DNA of 64,000 nt, taken from the NCBI GenBank assembly GCA_951406725.2, contig OX597818.1:116560001-116624000 (forward strand), written 5' to 3'. Of this stretch, positions 1-15,862 are shown piece by piece. The DNA comes from Octopus vulgaris. Lineage: Eukaryota. The notes under the pieces are model-generated. The model saw nothing but the letters and a program-made list of their open reading frames with translations, was not told the origin of the DNA and made no database searches. A program made the translations under genes and the position numbers. Each line of letters opens with the position of its first letter. Position 1 is the stretch's first letter.

Positions 1-330
1 GTTTCATCCTTTCAGGACCGATGAAATAGATATCGGTTGAGCACTGAGACCGACGTAATTGTTGGCTTTGTGTCAGCAATTACATCGAAACTCTTGGCCT
101 TGTGCCAAGTTTTTGAAATCAATATTATATGTGGACACAAAACATGCTTTGGAAATTCGCCTCTAATTTATCAGGTTTACTTCTTAATTATTTAACGAAT
201 GTTTTCAATGTAACACATTAGTTAATATTTTTTGTTAATGTCTTTTAAAATATATACAGTTAATATTTTTTTGGAATACTTATTTAATTATTGGGAAATA
301 AATGTCTAATTTTAATTCTCTATCAATATA

Positions 331-1888
331 CAATAGTGGCCAAAATTAGAGAGCGAAAATAAAATTTAAGTATATTTACATTTCTTCTTCATTTTTCCAA
401 ATGAGATTTTTACTGTACATACTTTAAAGAGTGTTCATTATATACAATAAATTTTGTAGGAAGTGATTAATAACTAAATGATTTATTTGAAAATGTTTAT
501 TTGGAAAATACAAAATGGAAAAAGCTATAGAACGTATGGTGTAAAATGCTAAAAGTAAAATCAGGCAACACTCCGACCGATGCAAACTAAGTTGACCAAA
601 GAGTGCGGAGATTCATATTGCACAGTAAAGCCACCGGAAAACCAAGGTGAGTTGATGACAGCCTCGGGAAGTAAGTGGTCATGTAGAAAAAAGGAGTGGC
701 AATTTTTGCTATCGCCAAAGACTTTAACAGATCAAAAAGTGTTGTTTCAAAGTATTCAAGTTTGATGAAGAAAGCAAAACGAGGGAGACCACGGAAGACA
801 AGTGTTTAGCAAAACCATGTGATACAGAGGCTGTTGTTAAGACCGTTTCAGTACTGCAGGAATTTCTTGTCAAGTAAATCGTGATTATGGTGTGAATGTG
901 TGTCTTTAGACTGGCTTGTCGTTTGAAGGAAGTTGGGCTTCATGCCTATTCCCGTGCCCCTAAACATCTCATCAGTGTGAAGGACCGAAAAGTGAGATTA
1001 GACTTTTCCAGTGAGCACATACTTTGGACGGACGACAACTGCTCGCATGTGTTCTTCAGTGAATAAAGCAATTTCAATTTGGTTTGCTCCGATGGTAGAC
1101 AATACGCGAGATGTCTTAAAAGTGAAGGACTGTTCCCTAAATCAGTGACGTATGAAGGTAGGGGTTTAGCGGTGTGGGGAATGATTTCTGCAGCAGTTAT
1201 TGGACCGTTTGTTCCAGATCCACGGTAATGGGAATGCAACCATATACAAATACATCGTTGTGTAACATGTTTTACCAGCTATGAGATCGTCTTCAACTCG
1301 TCAGCGAATCTTTATACAGGATAATACACCATATCATAGTGCTACAATAGTTAAGGAGGTGTTTGATACTGACAATTTTACTGTGATGCGTTGACCAGCT
1401 GAAAACCTTGACCCTAATCCCATTCAGAACTTATGGAAGATACTTGGTGATAAAATCAGCGAGCACCGACCTGTGTATGTTATAATTTTGTGGGAAAAAC
1501 GTCAGGAAGAATGGAATAAGATTACGTCAGAACAATGTGAGTAATTGGTCAAATACTGTGGACGGAGATGCCCTGAAGTCATTAAAAATTAAGGAATGTA
1601 CACATCTTATTAATACATTGATGTGAATTTTGAAAACTTCTGGCAAAATTTTGATTTCTTTAATTTTATGTCATACGTTCTCTAATTTTGTCCATCTTGT
1701 ATTTTTGAAATAAGCGTTTTTTTTGCTATTACGAATTATTTAGTCATTAATCACATCCTATAACATTTATTGTAAATTATGAACATACTTTAAAGTATAT
1801 AAAATAAAAGTCCTACTCGGAAAAATGAAGTAGAAATATAAATATATTTATTTTTTATTTACGATCTCTGATTTTGGCCACTACTCTG
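331..1888 (+). mobile_element. Tc1/mariner DNA transposon (Tc1, DD34E), full-length, degenerate
   Basis: About 240-bp diverged terminal inverted repeats (caatagtggccaaaattagagag... / ...ctctgattttggccactactctg), TA on both sides (329-330, 1889-1890), inner and outer direct repeat in each TIR, transposase remnants inside. Confidence 0.93.
1023..1613 (+). pseudogene. Tc1 transposase catalytic-domain pseudogene
   Basis: Manual translation: WTDDNCSHVFFSE*SNFNLVCSDG, VWGMISAAVIGP, FIQDNTPYH...*PAENLDPNPIQNLW (D-34-Q where D-34-E is expected), RRCPEVIKN*GMYTSY*. Multiple stops. Confidence 0.9.
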
Positions 1889-2800
1889 TATTCATTTATC
1901 ATTAGGACTCATAACCGATTTAAACTTCATTGAGTGACATTAGTGGTCGAAATTGTATATATGTATATCTTCAGTAGTTTAGATGTATTTTAGTTATACA
2001 GGACAACGACGTTGCGTATGTCAACACTATGAAACGAATCCAGAGTGGTACCGACTGAAATAATGAAATCTAACAATGAGAGAAACTGTTCTTTTGTTGT
2101 TTTCCCTTTTAGCTTTTCAAAATATAAGGATAACATTGCATTTATATGACTGTATATCCTAGTGAAATCCGGTAAACGGTAACTGGGGGTCTCGAGATAA
2201 TGGCTAAAATTCCACAATAACAAATCAAGTAAGCATGTTATCATTGCACGTTACACAAGATAAAGACTGGTCCTGCAAATTGGTTACAAAAGAAACCTAC
2301 ATTGATTAGTCCTAAGCATAACATTATTTCTGGTCTTGTTTTCTCTTTGTACAAGTGATTAATCTTCATTTTGGACTGGAGGCAGAATTCTCCTCATGGG
2401 CCTTGAGGGTGATGTAGGAGTGGCGTTACCCGGATATTCTGATCCAGCACCTACTTTATCCTTATGCTATATATGCATATCCACACACACACACACATAC
2501 ACACAGATGCATATAAATACATATTTGTATATATAAATATCTATTTTGCAAAATTTATGTTATTGAAAGCGTGTAGGCACGAAACATTCAACGATTTATA
2601 TACTTAGGTTTTGATTAAATGTACTATTTTCTACTAAATAAAGGTATTTAAGAATGTTAGAAAATGTGTAACATGATTCCATAAATATTTATTTTGATAA
2701 GAATGGTTTACATTCTGGATTAAGCTGGAAGAATTGCGTGTCTTGAAGTCATACAAGTTGATAGATATGAACGCAACAGCGTAGAAATATACACGATATA

Positions 2801-3346
2801 CAGGTTTATTCAAAATGGAAGAGTAGATTTCGAATTTAATTTTAAAACAAACTGTAAGAGACACAAACTCATTCTCCATATTTCTTCATAGGGGAAGGTT
2901 TAAAGTTTATAGCTGAACATGATCAATTGAATGAAATAATATTTTAATTTTATTTTAATGATTTATTTTGTTCAATTTATTTAAAGTTGTTTTAATTTTC
3001 ATTTGTGTAATCCCTTAGAAAATGATGACGCCACAAGAAAGGTCTTTTTGTGTGATGCAGTTTGAGAAATGGGATTGTGCAAGTGCAATGTGAGTTTCTC
3101 CGACAATTTAATAAAAATCTACCTCGTCACAAACAAATTTACAAATGGCATAAAAATTTCACAAAAAAAAAGGTTTCGATGTTTCGATATTTGTCGAGCA
3201 ACACGTGGTGCTCATGTTGAGTGCATACTACCTTAAAATAAACTTTAAACCTTCCCCTTTCAAGAAATATGTTGAACGTGCTTGTGCCTCTTACCGTTTG
3301 TTTTAAAATAAATTTTAAATCTGCTCTTTCGTTTTGAAAAACCCTG
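2801..3346 (+). mobile_element. Internally deleted mariner-like element
   Basis: About 110-bp TIRs (caggtttattcaaaatg...ggggaaggtttaaagttta / taaactttaaaccttcccc...gaaaaaccctg), TA on the left. Retains transposase N-terminus MTPQERSFCVMQFEK (DUF4817-like) and C-terminus FDICRATRGAHVE. Confidence 0.85.
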
Positions 3347-3889
3347 AATTTATAATGAACATATTTTAAACCAACCCAAGAGAAAGAATATAATATAACT
3401 CATTATCTCTTTCCATCATCGAAACTTTATATATGTTATTTAGTTGCTACAGTGATTAAACAACGACCATGCTAGGGCATCACCTTGAAAACTTTAGTCT
3501 ATGAGTATCGCATCGAGCACTTACTCACTGCCAATCTGGTGCATATTTTACATCTCCTTTTGCCGAACAAGATCGTAAATAAAGTAGCACCGGTTTTCAA
3601 ACATTGTACAGACCACCACAAACACACACACACACACACACACACAATTACCTCGCCCCCACCACATGTTTTGCTGACGTCAAATTGGCCAGTCCGGGGT
3701 CAGAGTTGAAAATATTTGGCCAAGATGCCACCAGTGACTGATATTTCTCGGAGTCGTTATACTTTTATCTCCCACTGATAATCGCCAAACTTTGATGCGA
3801 GACATCAATACATGTCATTGATTGAACACTTAGGTTTCTGTCCACATTGTTTATCACTCCTTCACTATTTGAAATTCAAGCGAGTACTG

Positions 3890-5290
<1,401 letters not shown>

Positions 5291-5324
5291 GCATATATTG
5301 ATACTGAACGTCACCATCGGTGCA

Positions 5325-5582
5325 AATAACATGAACTTCGTAAACAAAGGAAGGGAAAACGAGTGAAATGCGTAAACAACGAGAAAAAATGGAGGGGGGA
5401 CAAGTTTACACAGAGAAAAATACCCTTCATCAGTTGTCGACTGTCTATCTACTTCTTATTTCGAGAATTTAATGACAATATGAGTCTTCAAAGACAATTG
5501 CTCTCATAAATTCTAAAATATAATTTAGGATTTATGGAGGGTCAAATTTGAGAACAAAAAAGGAAACTGAACGAAAACAAAA
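5325..5582 (-). mobile_element. Dispersed repeat, probable Penelope-type pLTR fragment
   Basis: Reverse complement matches 25480-25715 (gtctttgaagactcatattgtc...ctcgaaat...cgacaactgatgaagggt); hammerhead-like core words. Confidence 0.6.
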
Positions 5583-6137
5583 TATTATGTTAAGACTTGG
5601 AAGAGGTTTGAGCGCCAGTATAATCAACAACCAAAAGATATATTAATAAGGTGCAACTTAGATAAAACTTCGCAACACTGCTTTCCCATCCCATTTTGTT
5701 TGTATCAATAATTCTAATAACATTTAGTGTTTATATAAATGTGAGAAATGTCAAATAACCATTAACGAAATAAAACGATTTATTGATTAAATGCAGTAAA
5801 AAAAGAAAAAAAAAAGATACTAGGAGAAAAAGGAGAAAAGTTTTGCAATAAATACTTAGGTTGCACGTAATAGTTTAAAACAATAGAAATAGATGAGAAA
5901 AAAACGTAGTGGCATTTTTCATGTATATAAACCTTGAAGAAGCGGAGAAATACATGAGCCTAATATTTTTTTCCATTCTAGGCACAAAGCCCGAAATTTT
6001 ATGTTGGGGCCCAGTCTATTAGATCGACCCCGGGAGGAAGAAAGGCAAAGTCCAGTTTTGTACTAGGGTCGATCTCATCGACTGGCCCCCTCTCCAAAAC
6101 TTTCTGGTCTTCTCCCTAGATTAGAAAAGAATATTAA

Positions 6138-6320
6138 AGTGGCGAGCAAGCAGAATCGTTAGCACGCCCAGCAAAATACTTAGCAGTATTGTGTCTATTT
6201 TTACGTCCCGAGTTCAAATTCTGCATAGGTCGACTATATCTTTCATTGTTTCGGAGTCGACAGAATAAGTACCATTTGAGCACTGATGCTGGCCTTGTGC
6301 CAATATTTGAAACCAATATA
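6138..6320 (+). mobile_element. tRNA-derived SINE family A, tail type 2
   Basis: Head ggcgagc..gcagaatcgttagc, B box gagttcaaattc, central gtcgac..tttcat..cggagtcga..agtacca, tail ggccttgtgccaatatttgaaaccaatat. Confidence 0.85.
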
Positions 6321-6358
6321 AGATTCGTGACTTCATTGTGAGCAAATTCAAAGTTTAA

Positions 6359-6394
<36 letters not shown>

Positions 6395-7660
6395 ATAAAA
6401 TATATATACATTGGTTATGAACCAATAGAAAATCATCTTTTGTTTAAAAGTACACAATAATTCTATATAAGTTTAAGCTCCTAAATTTTATTCATCGTCG
6501 AATTACATAATATTGGGTCCAATCCCGATTAATGCAACCACATGTACTTCCATTACTTTGGAAGAATTTGTCTGACGAAGTTCAAATGAACCTAAATTTA
6601 GACTCATATGATCAGTAGGTAAAATTAAGTGTGTTATCAGCCCCTTTCGCTTTAGACTAAAAACTGGTTTCTAATATATGTACAGGAGTTGCTTTCGCTT
6701 ATATCAAGTCCCGCATTTAATTGGACACAGTGCAAATGAATCACAAGGCGTAGCTTTGTAGAGTTTGAAACCAGAACACAAAGGAATGTAATTAAATATT
6801 GCGATGTATTTATGTTATTTTATTTAGAGACTGTCACTCCGCTGCAATCACACTTAATATTTAGACACTAAAATTGCTAAATAATCGATATAATCAATAC
6901 GATATTATTGATGATACTTCAAAAGCGACCTGCATGAAAATATGAAACACTAAATGAGGAATGAAACGCTAAATGACTGTATATATATAAACTTCACTGA
7001 TATATTTACGCTAACTTTGCCTTATACATAATAACGATCATTTACTTTTAGTTAAAATAAGCACATTTGTGGACATGCCGTCCATGAGATTAATAATACC
7101 ACGCATATAATTGAGTTAATATAAATGATTCCGAGAACAGACTTTACGTTATATGAATATTATTGTAATGTCTGTAAAGTCTATCTACCATAAATGTTAT
7201 TATTTATTGATTTGCTATCTAGAAGGTAGTTTCATTTGCAAGAAGTGATGGCTGCATTTGGGATTTTCCATGCAATTATAAAGTTCATCTGTAATTACAA
7301 ACTACTCATGAATTCTGTTTTTTCTTATATATTTTGAATTTCTCGTAACAAACAGAAGTTCTCTTATTAAGACAATATGGAATGTATACAATATTCGAAA
7401 ATGTGTCAGCTGCCTATATATATATATATATATAAGAAATATAAGTAAAAAGTATTGAGAAATAAAAAGCTTGTACGTGGACACAATATAGAAAGCAAGT
7501 CCTATCTATATTTTCGCGGGGATAAATATTTAGCCACATATGGACATCAACCGAAAAGTTCAGTTCTTGAATTCAGGAATGTAGCGCGGTCTAAGCTGCT
7601 TTTCCAGACTTGTGCCTCGGAGGGTAACTCTCTAGGTGCAATCCAATGATGCAATCCCTG

Positions 7661-7712
<52 letters not shown>

Positions 7713-8005
7713 CAAAAATTCTATAATCATAAGCATAATTTACCTGCGTCAGTTGGGAGTATTACTGTCTGGGGGATATCTTAAGGTAGTAGAATATTAT
7801 TTAACCGCTATTTCTAAATTTCGGTACGTGGTGAAGCAATTTTTGATAAACCCTAATTATAATTATGCTTATAATTATAGAATTTTTGAGTAAGGTTACC
7901 GATAATGGTTCTTTTATGATACCGAAGTACTTGGTAAAATTATTAGTTATTAATTGATTAATTAATTTTATCCTTTATTATTATTATTGATAATATAATA
8001 TTATG

Positions 8006-8036
<31 letters not shown>

Positions 8037-8053
8037 GTATATATGTATATATG

Positions 8054-8085
<32 letters not shown>

Positions 8086-9013
8086 TAAACACACATGACA
8101 AATGACAGACGGAGGATGGAATATACGAGAAATTAATATTAATCACAACAATTGCTTCGACACATCCAGCATTGATCCCTCACAGGTGGGATACTCAACC
8201 ACTGGTTCAGGAGTATTCGGCGGTGCAATTGTAACTCATCGGAGGATAAATAAATACCACCCGTTAAAATAACAATTTTGCAATATAATTTCTCGTTTTG
8301 TAGAAAGAAATGCAGTCATACGGAGGAAATATCTTCATTTACATAGAAGATCAAAATTGAAATCACGGATGGAGAAAAGAGAAACGAACATGTCATCCAG
8401 CGAGAAAATTATTAAGAATAACCGCTAAGAAATATGGATGTATAAATGCCTTCGGGCAAGCTTCAGGGCGCGAATACACTTGCTCATACAAGCATCCGCA
8501 GGTGTATATAGCGAGAAAGAGAGAGAGAGAATGGGAGCGTGAGAGAGAGAGAGACAGAGAGAGATTTATACATTTATACATTCATAGGCGTGTGTGTCGA
8601 AAACTACTTATTTCTCGCATTTCGTGGGCAGCAGAGTTTTATTTTTATACGTTTGACAAATCGATATATGGTCCTTCGTCAGAAGACTAATAAACCCATA
8701 TGAATGTATATTATATAGTCTGAAGATCTCATGATAAACTTTAAATAGCTCGGCAATTTTATCGTAAAAATTTTAAATCAATTATCTTTAAATATTAATC
8801 TGTTTCATAATCCATTTGAGAGTTAATCGTCTCTCAATTGTAGAAGTATAACTGCCAGCCGAAATTTAAGATTATATCAAAAGGCAAATGGGATCACAGA
8901 CAAGTTTATAATAAATAAATATCGTTTTAATTTGGCGAAATTATATTTATGTAAGATTCAATTAACTGGTTTCATAGATTTCAACATAATAGAATAAGGC
9001 AAGCTTAAGTATA

Positions 9014-9176
9014 GGCGCAGGGGTGGCTGTGGGGAAAGAAGCTTGCTTCGCAATCATATGGTTCCTGGTTCAGTCCCACAGCGAGGCAACTAGAGAAAAT
9101 CCTCTACTATAGCTTCATGCTGACCAAAGCAGTATTAGTGGAATGGATCGTGGAAAACTGAAAGAATCCCGTCGTA
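9014..9176 (+). mobile_element. tRNA/CORE-type SINE family B (5' part)
   Basis: ggcgcagg.gtggctgtg...ggttcagtccca...ctactatagc...aaactgaaagaa.cccgtcg; many copies in window. Confidence 0.85.
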
Positions 9177-9287
9177 TATATATATATCTGTTTTCGTTCA
9201 AAGTTTTTTGATATCCTGTACCCATATATGCATGTATATATATATATGTATATATTTATATATTATTTATATTATATTATATTATAT

Positions 9288-9334
<47 letters not shown>

Positions 9335-9336
<2 letters not shown>

Positions 9337-9642
9337 GAGACCCTCTAGAAAGGTTAGCCTCCGAGGCACAAGTCCGAGCTTGATTGTTTATGGAAGACCA
9401 GCAGTCGCCCATGCATACCAGCCACCCCTCTCCACGCCCCCGATGTTATCCAAGACACAGGGAAATGCCGATACAGTTTAGCACCAGTGACGTCGGAACT
9501 CATTTCTACATCTGAGTAAACTGGAGCAACGTGAAATAAAGTGTCTTGCTCAAGAAAACAATATGCAGCCGGTCTGGGATTCGAACTCACAACCTCACGG
9601 ACGTAAGTTCGACACTCTAACCGCTGAACCATGCACCTTCAC
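9335..9642 (-). mobile_element. tRNA-derived SINE family C
   Basis: Minus strand gtgaaggtgcatggttcagcggttagag...gagttcgaatccc...cttgagcaagacac; matches 34365-34629. Confidence 0.85.
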
Positions 9643-10560
9643 TTCACATATATATGTCTATAATGTATAAAAGAAGAGAAGAAAATGGGGGTGAGGCAGT
9701 TAGTAATTGTTTATTATTAAAAACAAATTGGCCATCGCCGTTTCTATTAATATTCAATAATTTAAGTACAAATTTGTACATTAAAGTTACATTTATGTGA
9801 CAAGGGTATAATTTCATCAGGGAAGGAAAAAAGAGACGTACCCTTGGATGTTATATGGAGACTTATCAATTCATATAAACTACATTAGGTATTGAGCCAG
9901 TATTTCCTTGGATACAATCATCCATTTACGAGGTTAACACACCCTTTTATTAAATTATTGGAGCACCGCCTTAAAGGGTTTTTCAGTCGAACAAGTCGAC
10001 TCCGGGACTTTTTCTTTGCAAGCCTAGCACTTATTCTATCTGTCTGCTTTGCTGAACCACTAGTTAACGGGTCGTAAATGCACCAAGATCGGTTGTCAAT
10101 CGATGGTGGGGGTACACAGATATAAATACATATACATACAATTATATATATATCTTTTCCAGTTGGCTGCCGATACACAGTTTGTGTCTGTATGGCATTT
10201 GCAAGGGAGGACAGCACTCCCATCTCCTGCCTTACGTGATACTCACACACCTAGGTTCCTGGATGTTACCCTTTCTCAGTGTGATACAACCACAAGATAT
10301 ACACAAGATACAACCACAAGATATACACGTACATTAATATGATTGATTCTAGTTTCAGCTCATGAGCTGTGGCCATGCTGGGACACCGCCATTTGTACAA
10401 CCATAGTGTCTCTTCACATAGATGCACACACACGCTTGCGAGTGAGCTCTTGTATTCAGGCTTAGACTTACATTTGCATATACATATACATATCCAAACA
10501 CATACACGTGTATGTCTAAGCGTGGATACATGAGCGCACACGCAAGTGCGCGTGTGCATC

Positions 10561-10682
10561 TATGTAAGAAGGAGAGTATGGGCGTACATATACTAAAGTA
10601 CACATATATCTATAGCTTATCACTAGGTTGTGGTTTCTCATATTGAGGACGGATAACATATACATACATACACCCCTACACA

Positions 10683-10754
<72 letters not shown>

Positions 10755-10862
10755 TGTGTAGGTGGGGTATGTGTGTATATGTTATCCGTCCTCAATATGA
10801 GAAACCACAATTTAGTGATAAGCTATAGATATACGTGTACATTAGTATTACTCTCCTTCTTA

Positions 10863-10866
<4 letters not shown>
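10561..10866. repeat. Inverted repeat centred on (TA)n
   Basis: ...ttgtggtttctcatattgaggacggataacatatac... and its reverse complement ...gtatatgttatccgtcctcaatatgagaaaccacaa... flank (TA)n at about 10687-10751. Confidence 0.92.
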
Positions 10867-11447
<581 letters not shown>

Positions 11448-11551
11448 CGTATGAATGAACATGAATGCGTGGGTGAAAATATATAGGTATGTATATGGAT
11501 ATATATGTGTGAGTGTGTTTGTGTGTGTGTGTGCATATCTGTATATATATG

Positions 11552-11601
<50 letters not shown>

Positions 11602-12169
11602 ATAATATGTATACGGATGTGTATGATTTTATGTGTGGATATATATATGTGAGTAAGCGTGTATATATATATATCTATATATCTACATGTATAGGACTGA
11701 TCGAGTGAGAAACAATACGTAAGGTTAGAGTAGAGTTAAGTAGAGAGATACGTGTGTGTGTGTGTGTGAGTACGAGTGTGTATTTACAAACGCGCTTCAC
11801 TTTATGTATGTGCAAGTCAAAGTACTGGGTTTACTCATCCATGTGTATATATATAGGCATGTATATATACCCGAAAATGCAAGCGGATATATGTATATAA
11901 GTAGATCGACGTATATGTTGATCGGTGTACATATACATGTGCCCACATTTATGTGTCTGTGTGTATACATATATATAGTTATGTATATATATATATATAT
12001 ATATATACGCGTATGTACGGGAATATATGTGAATGTACGTATATGTGGGTACATGTATGTGTATATAAAGGCATATATACGTGGGTTTGTTTGTGAGAGT
12101 GTATGTGTGAGTAACTGTGTGGGTATGTGTGTATGTCTTCGGCGACTGAATACTAATGGTCAACTTTAG

Positions 12170-12520
12170 AAATGTATATGTGCAGCCAACCATGAAGAGC
12201 AGATCAGAGATGCAGCCAAATGGAACATCAATTAAATTCCAGCCAACACCATCCATTACTATATTTAGAAGCCTGAAAAACGCCCTCTCATGGCAGGCAA
12301 CATGTGTATATGAGCCGCTAATAAATTCAAACTATGACATACAGAGAAGATGGCCTTGAAGTATATTTTAGACTAAGGAGACAACATTCGTATATCGCCT
12401 GAGGAAACACAGCTAGATCTCATTATGCAAATAAACAGTTGCATAATCAAGTACCTGTTTTCTTTGAGAACTACGTGTCGTCGAAACAATTGCAGCGAAA
12501 CAATAATAAACAAAGGTTCA
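12170..12520 (+). mobile_element. Probable Penelope-like element 3' end with hammerhead-like motif
   Basis: ORF end ...YEPLINS... resembles a GIY-YIG C-terminus, followed by tcgc-CTGAGGA...GAAAC-aatt-GCA-gcga. Confidence 0.5.
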
Positions 12521-12679
12521 AATTTACACGTTCTTCCTGACTTCAATTTTTCAATTTTATATTCACACATGACGAATGCACGAACTTGGAAACATATTAG
12601 AAAACTACCGATAGTACTGGGTAATTCTGAAGGTGGACAAGCCTTACACTGCGTTATCACGTTTCTTACGGAATAAAAC

Positions 12680-12763
<84 letters not shown>

Positions 12764-12774
12764 TATATGTATAA

Positions 12775-13258
12775 AAATTATATATAAAAATAAAAATGAG
12801 ACAAGAACGCAAAAAACACAAAGAGACGACACAAAGAACGGATGCGTCATTCGAAGCCTCTAATCTTCAGTCAGGAACCGGATCGTCCTAGCAAATTTCG
12901 GCTGATTAATCCTGATATCCCTCAGATCCAGCCAGCCCCAAGGAAAAAACTAAGCTGCGAGCATTAGATTTCTTAGAAAAAGGATCGATTGTAAACGAAA
13001 CAAGGACAGAAAAACGGACGATGCCACACGAATATAAATACGAAAAACAAAAATAAAGTTAAAAACAAGAAGAGTAATAACGGGACAAAAACAGCGGGTG
13101 TCTTACGACTTTAGACAATTGAACTTATCTTAGCGGGCGTATTTTGAAATAAATGCCTTTTCGGCAGACGAAGAGAGAAGCCGTGTCGTCACATCAGCGG
13201 TCACCAGCGGAAAGGCTAATTAACCAGCAGGTCACGTGAGAGTAGAGAAGAAGAGACA
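12775..13258 (-). mobile_element. Probable Penelope/DIRS-type terminal-repeat fragment
   Basis: Non-microsatellite block with degenerate ctgag..gccgaaa and ctgactgaag..ttcgaa words on the minus strand; family assignment is inference. Confidence 0.3.
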
Positions 13259-13425
13259 TATATAAATGCATGTGTATTTTTTCGATGTGTACAAATAACA
13301 CGGGAACAATAGATAGTTATCAGGGTACGAAATATTCACATAAGTGCCAAGGATGTTACAGCCTACTTATAAAGGTGGAAGTTCTAGTGTTTAGTGAACT
13401 GTTTTTGTGTGAAAAGTAAATTAAT

Positions 13426-13848
13426 AAATGCAGTTAAACGCAGGTCTTATTCACATCTTTATACTTCTGACATATGTTTCAAATAAAACATGGGCATTAT
13501 TCCTGAGGGAATAAAATGATGTAAAACAATGTAATTATCTTGTCAGGGAAAAAGGAGAAACAAAACACAACAATAAGCCATTTTAACCGAATGTGATTAC
13601 CGTGTATATGATGAACGGAACGTTGGCAGGTTATTTTTAAATAACTTGCCAGTGTTCTCTTCATCATATACGCGGTAATCATATTCGGTTAAAATAGCTT
13701 ATTATGTTCTGTTTTTTTCCTTCTTCCCTAGCGAGATGATTACGTTGTTTTACATAATTTTCTTCCCACAGGATTAATACCAATGCTTTATTCGAAACTC
13801 ATATAGGGAGTATAAAGATTTGAATAACACCTGCGTTTAACTCCATTT
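13426..13848. repeat. Spacerless, diverged 420-bp palindrome
   Basis: Centre tggcaggttattt/aaataacttgcca; ttttaaccgaatgtgattaccg / cggtaatcatattcggttaaaa; agttaaacgcaggt / acctgcgtttaact. Confidence 0.92.
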
Positions 13849-13871
13849 CATAATCTATCTAATATATTTTA

Positions 13872-13918
<47 letters not shown>

Positions 13919-14702
13919 GCTGTACTATCGGGGCTATTTTTAGCACTAGAGTTATCCACATAGTGGTTGACTCTCTAATAATTTATGTATAAATTTGTAT
14001 TTTCTCCGTAGTTTTTTGTGCTAAGCCACTCGGTGTTAAATTAATGGTATTATTAAAATAATATCAATTTTTTCACCCTCATTTAAAAAAAAAAATATAT
14101 ATATATATGTATGTATATATGAGTATATTTGTATGTACATAAATCTTTATATATGTATGTATATATATATGTATATATATATACGTACACACACACACAC
14201 TCACATATATATATATGTTCTTACAACCACTCAAATATAACTGCTTACCTTTTGTTCTCACTAATATCACTGGTTTCCTTTGAAGTGGAAACTTGACAAG
14301 CACAAGAGATGGTTAATTGAGATGGCTTTTTTCCTTTTTATTTGTCTTGTCTTTAAATGTTTACTTTTATTTGCTGTTTTTTTAAAAATTCCAACTGCCG
14401 TTTTTGAGTTTGGGGTTTAATTTTAAATGAGTATGCTGTTTCTTCATTCTTTGATCTTTTGCTTTGTTCGTGGAATTATAAAAATAGTATTTCCGTGAAG
14501 GAATATAATGTGCAAAATTCAAATCTGTTTTAACAGAACTTTTTACTTTACTCCGCTGAGAAGAAACACTTGCCATTATTGTTGAGTGATATTAATTAAC
14601 GCAATATTGTTTATGATATATGTAACAATGAACAATGAACAATTGATAATAATATATTAAGACAAATGTGATATTTAATGAATTATGTCCTCTTATAAAT
14701 GA

Positions 14703-14803
14703 TCTTCCATTCTTCCATTCTTCCATTATTTCTTCCATTCTTCCATTTTTTCTTCCATTCTTTCATTCTTTCTTCCATTCTTCCTTTCTTTCTTCCATTC
14801 TTC

Positions 14804-14858
<55 letters not shown>

Positions 14859-14880
14859 GCTTGCTTGCTTGCTTTTCTTT
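14703..14880. repeat. Polypyrimidine tract (TTCCATTC)n grading into (TTTC)n
   Basis: Directly visible. Confidence 0.9.
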
Positions 14881-15862
14881 CTTTTTTACTTTCTTTCAGT
14901 TATAGACTCAGGGTTTGCTGTGTCAAATGTGTACTTGGGACCACTCAGGCTAGCTATCATTCTTCGAAGAAATGGATGAATTTGGGGTGAAATTTTAGAC
15001 ATCTATATTCGCACTTCGAATGTCACAAAGTTTGCACAGAAAAAAAAAAGAAGAAACAAAATGGCGAGCGTGGGCAAAGCTATGACATCTGTAGTAAGAA
15101 ACATTTAGGAAAAATGAAAAAAAAAAGAACATCCACCTTCAAGTAAATATATATGACATTTATAGACCTCCCCTGGCATTGTGGAATGTTTGTGACGAAA
15201 CAGTATGCCGAAATGTATAACACTTTTGAACTTTCACCACCATGTATTCATAACAATATTCGAAATATATAGGAAAGGTCAAAAATTTATAAATTAGACT
15301 TAACGTAGGTATTATCTTTTTAAATAAGAACAAAAATCTATATCAATATTGCTTTATTATCTAAAATATAAAATTTAATCAATTTAAAGAAATAAGTAAA
15401 TATATTCTTTCTGAAATATAGAAAACAATGTTTTCGTGTCAGATTAATTTAGAGTTCTCCATAAATTTGTGCATAACATAATTAAGTGAAAGTTGTAGCT
15501 ATGTATAGAGGAATATAGAAAAATATAAAACAAAAGCATACATATATACTTACATACGTATGCACACACATACATGCATGTACGTACACGCACATAGATA
15601 AATAGATAGATAGATAGATACATACATACATACATACATACATACATACATACATACATACATACGTAAATACATACATATATGTGTGTGTGTTGGGTGG
15701 TGTATTGAAATATTTGTCGCAATTATATTCTTGACAAAGAATAACAATAAATTAAACACTTAATATGGCTATTATGATATTAATTGAAATAAATTCTTAC
15801 CGTATTCAACGAAGAAATGTTCGTGTAAAATTCATTAAGATTTCTCAATATATATATATGTA

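Noticed and set aside
1990-2270. Minus-strand ORF behind a good-looking acceptor (tttgcag)
   Set aside because: All three frames hit stops within about 50 nt of the acceptor; no homology recognised.
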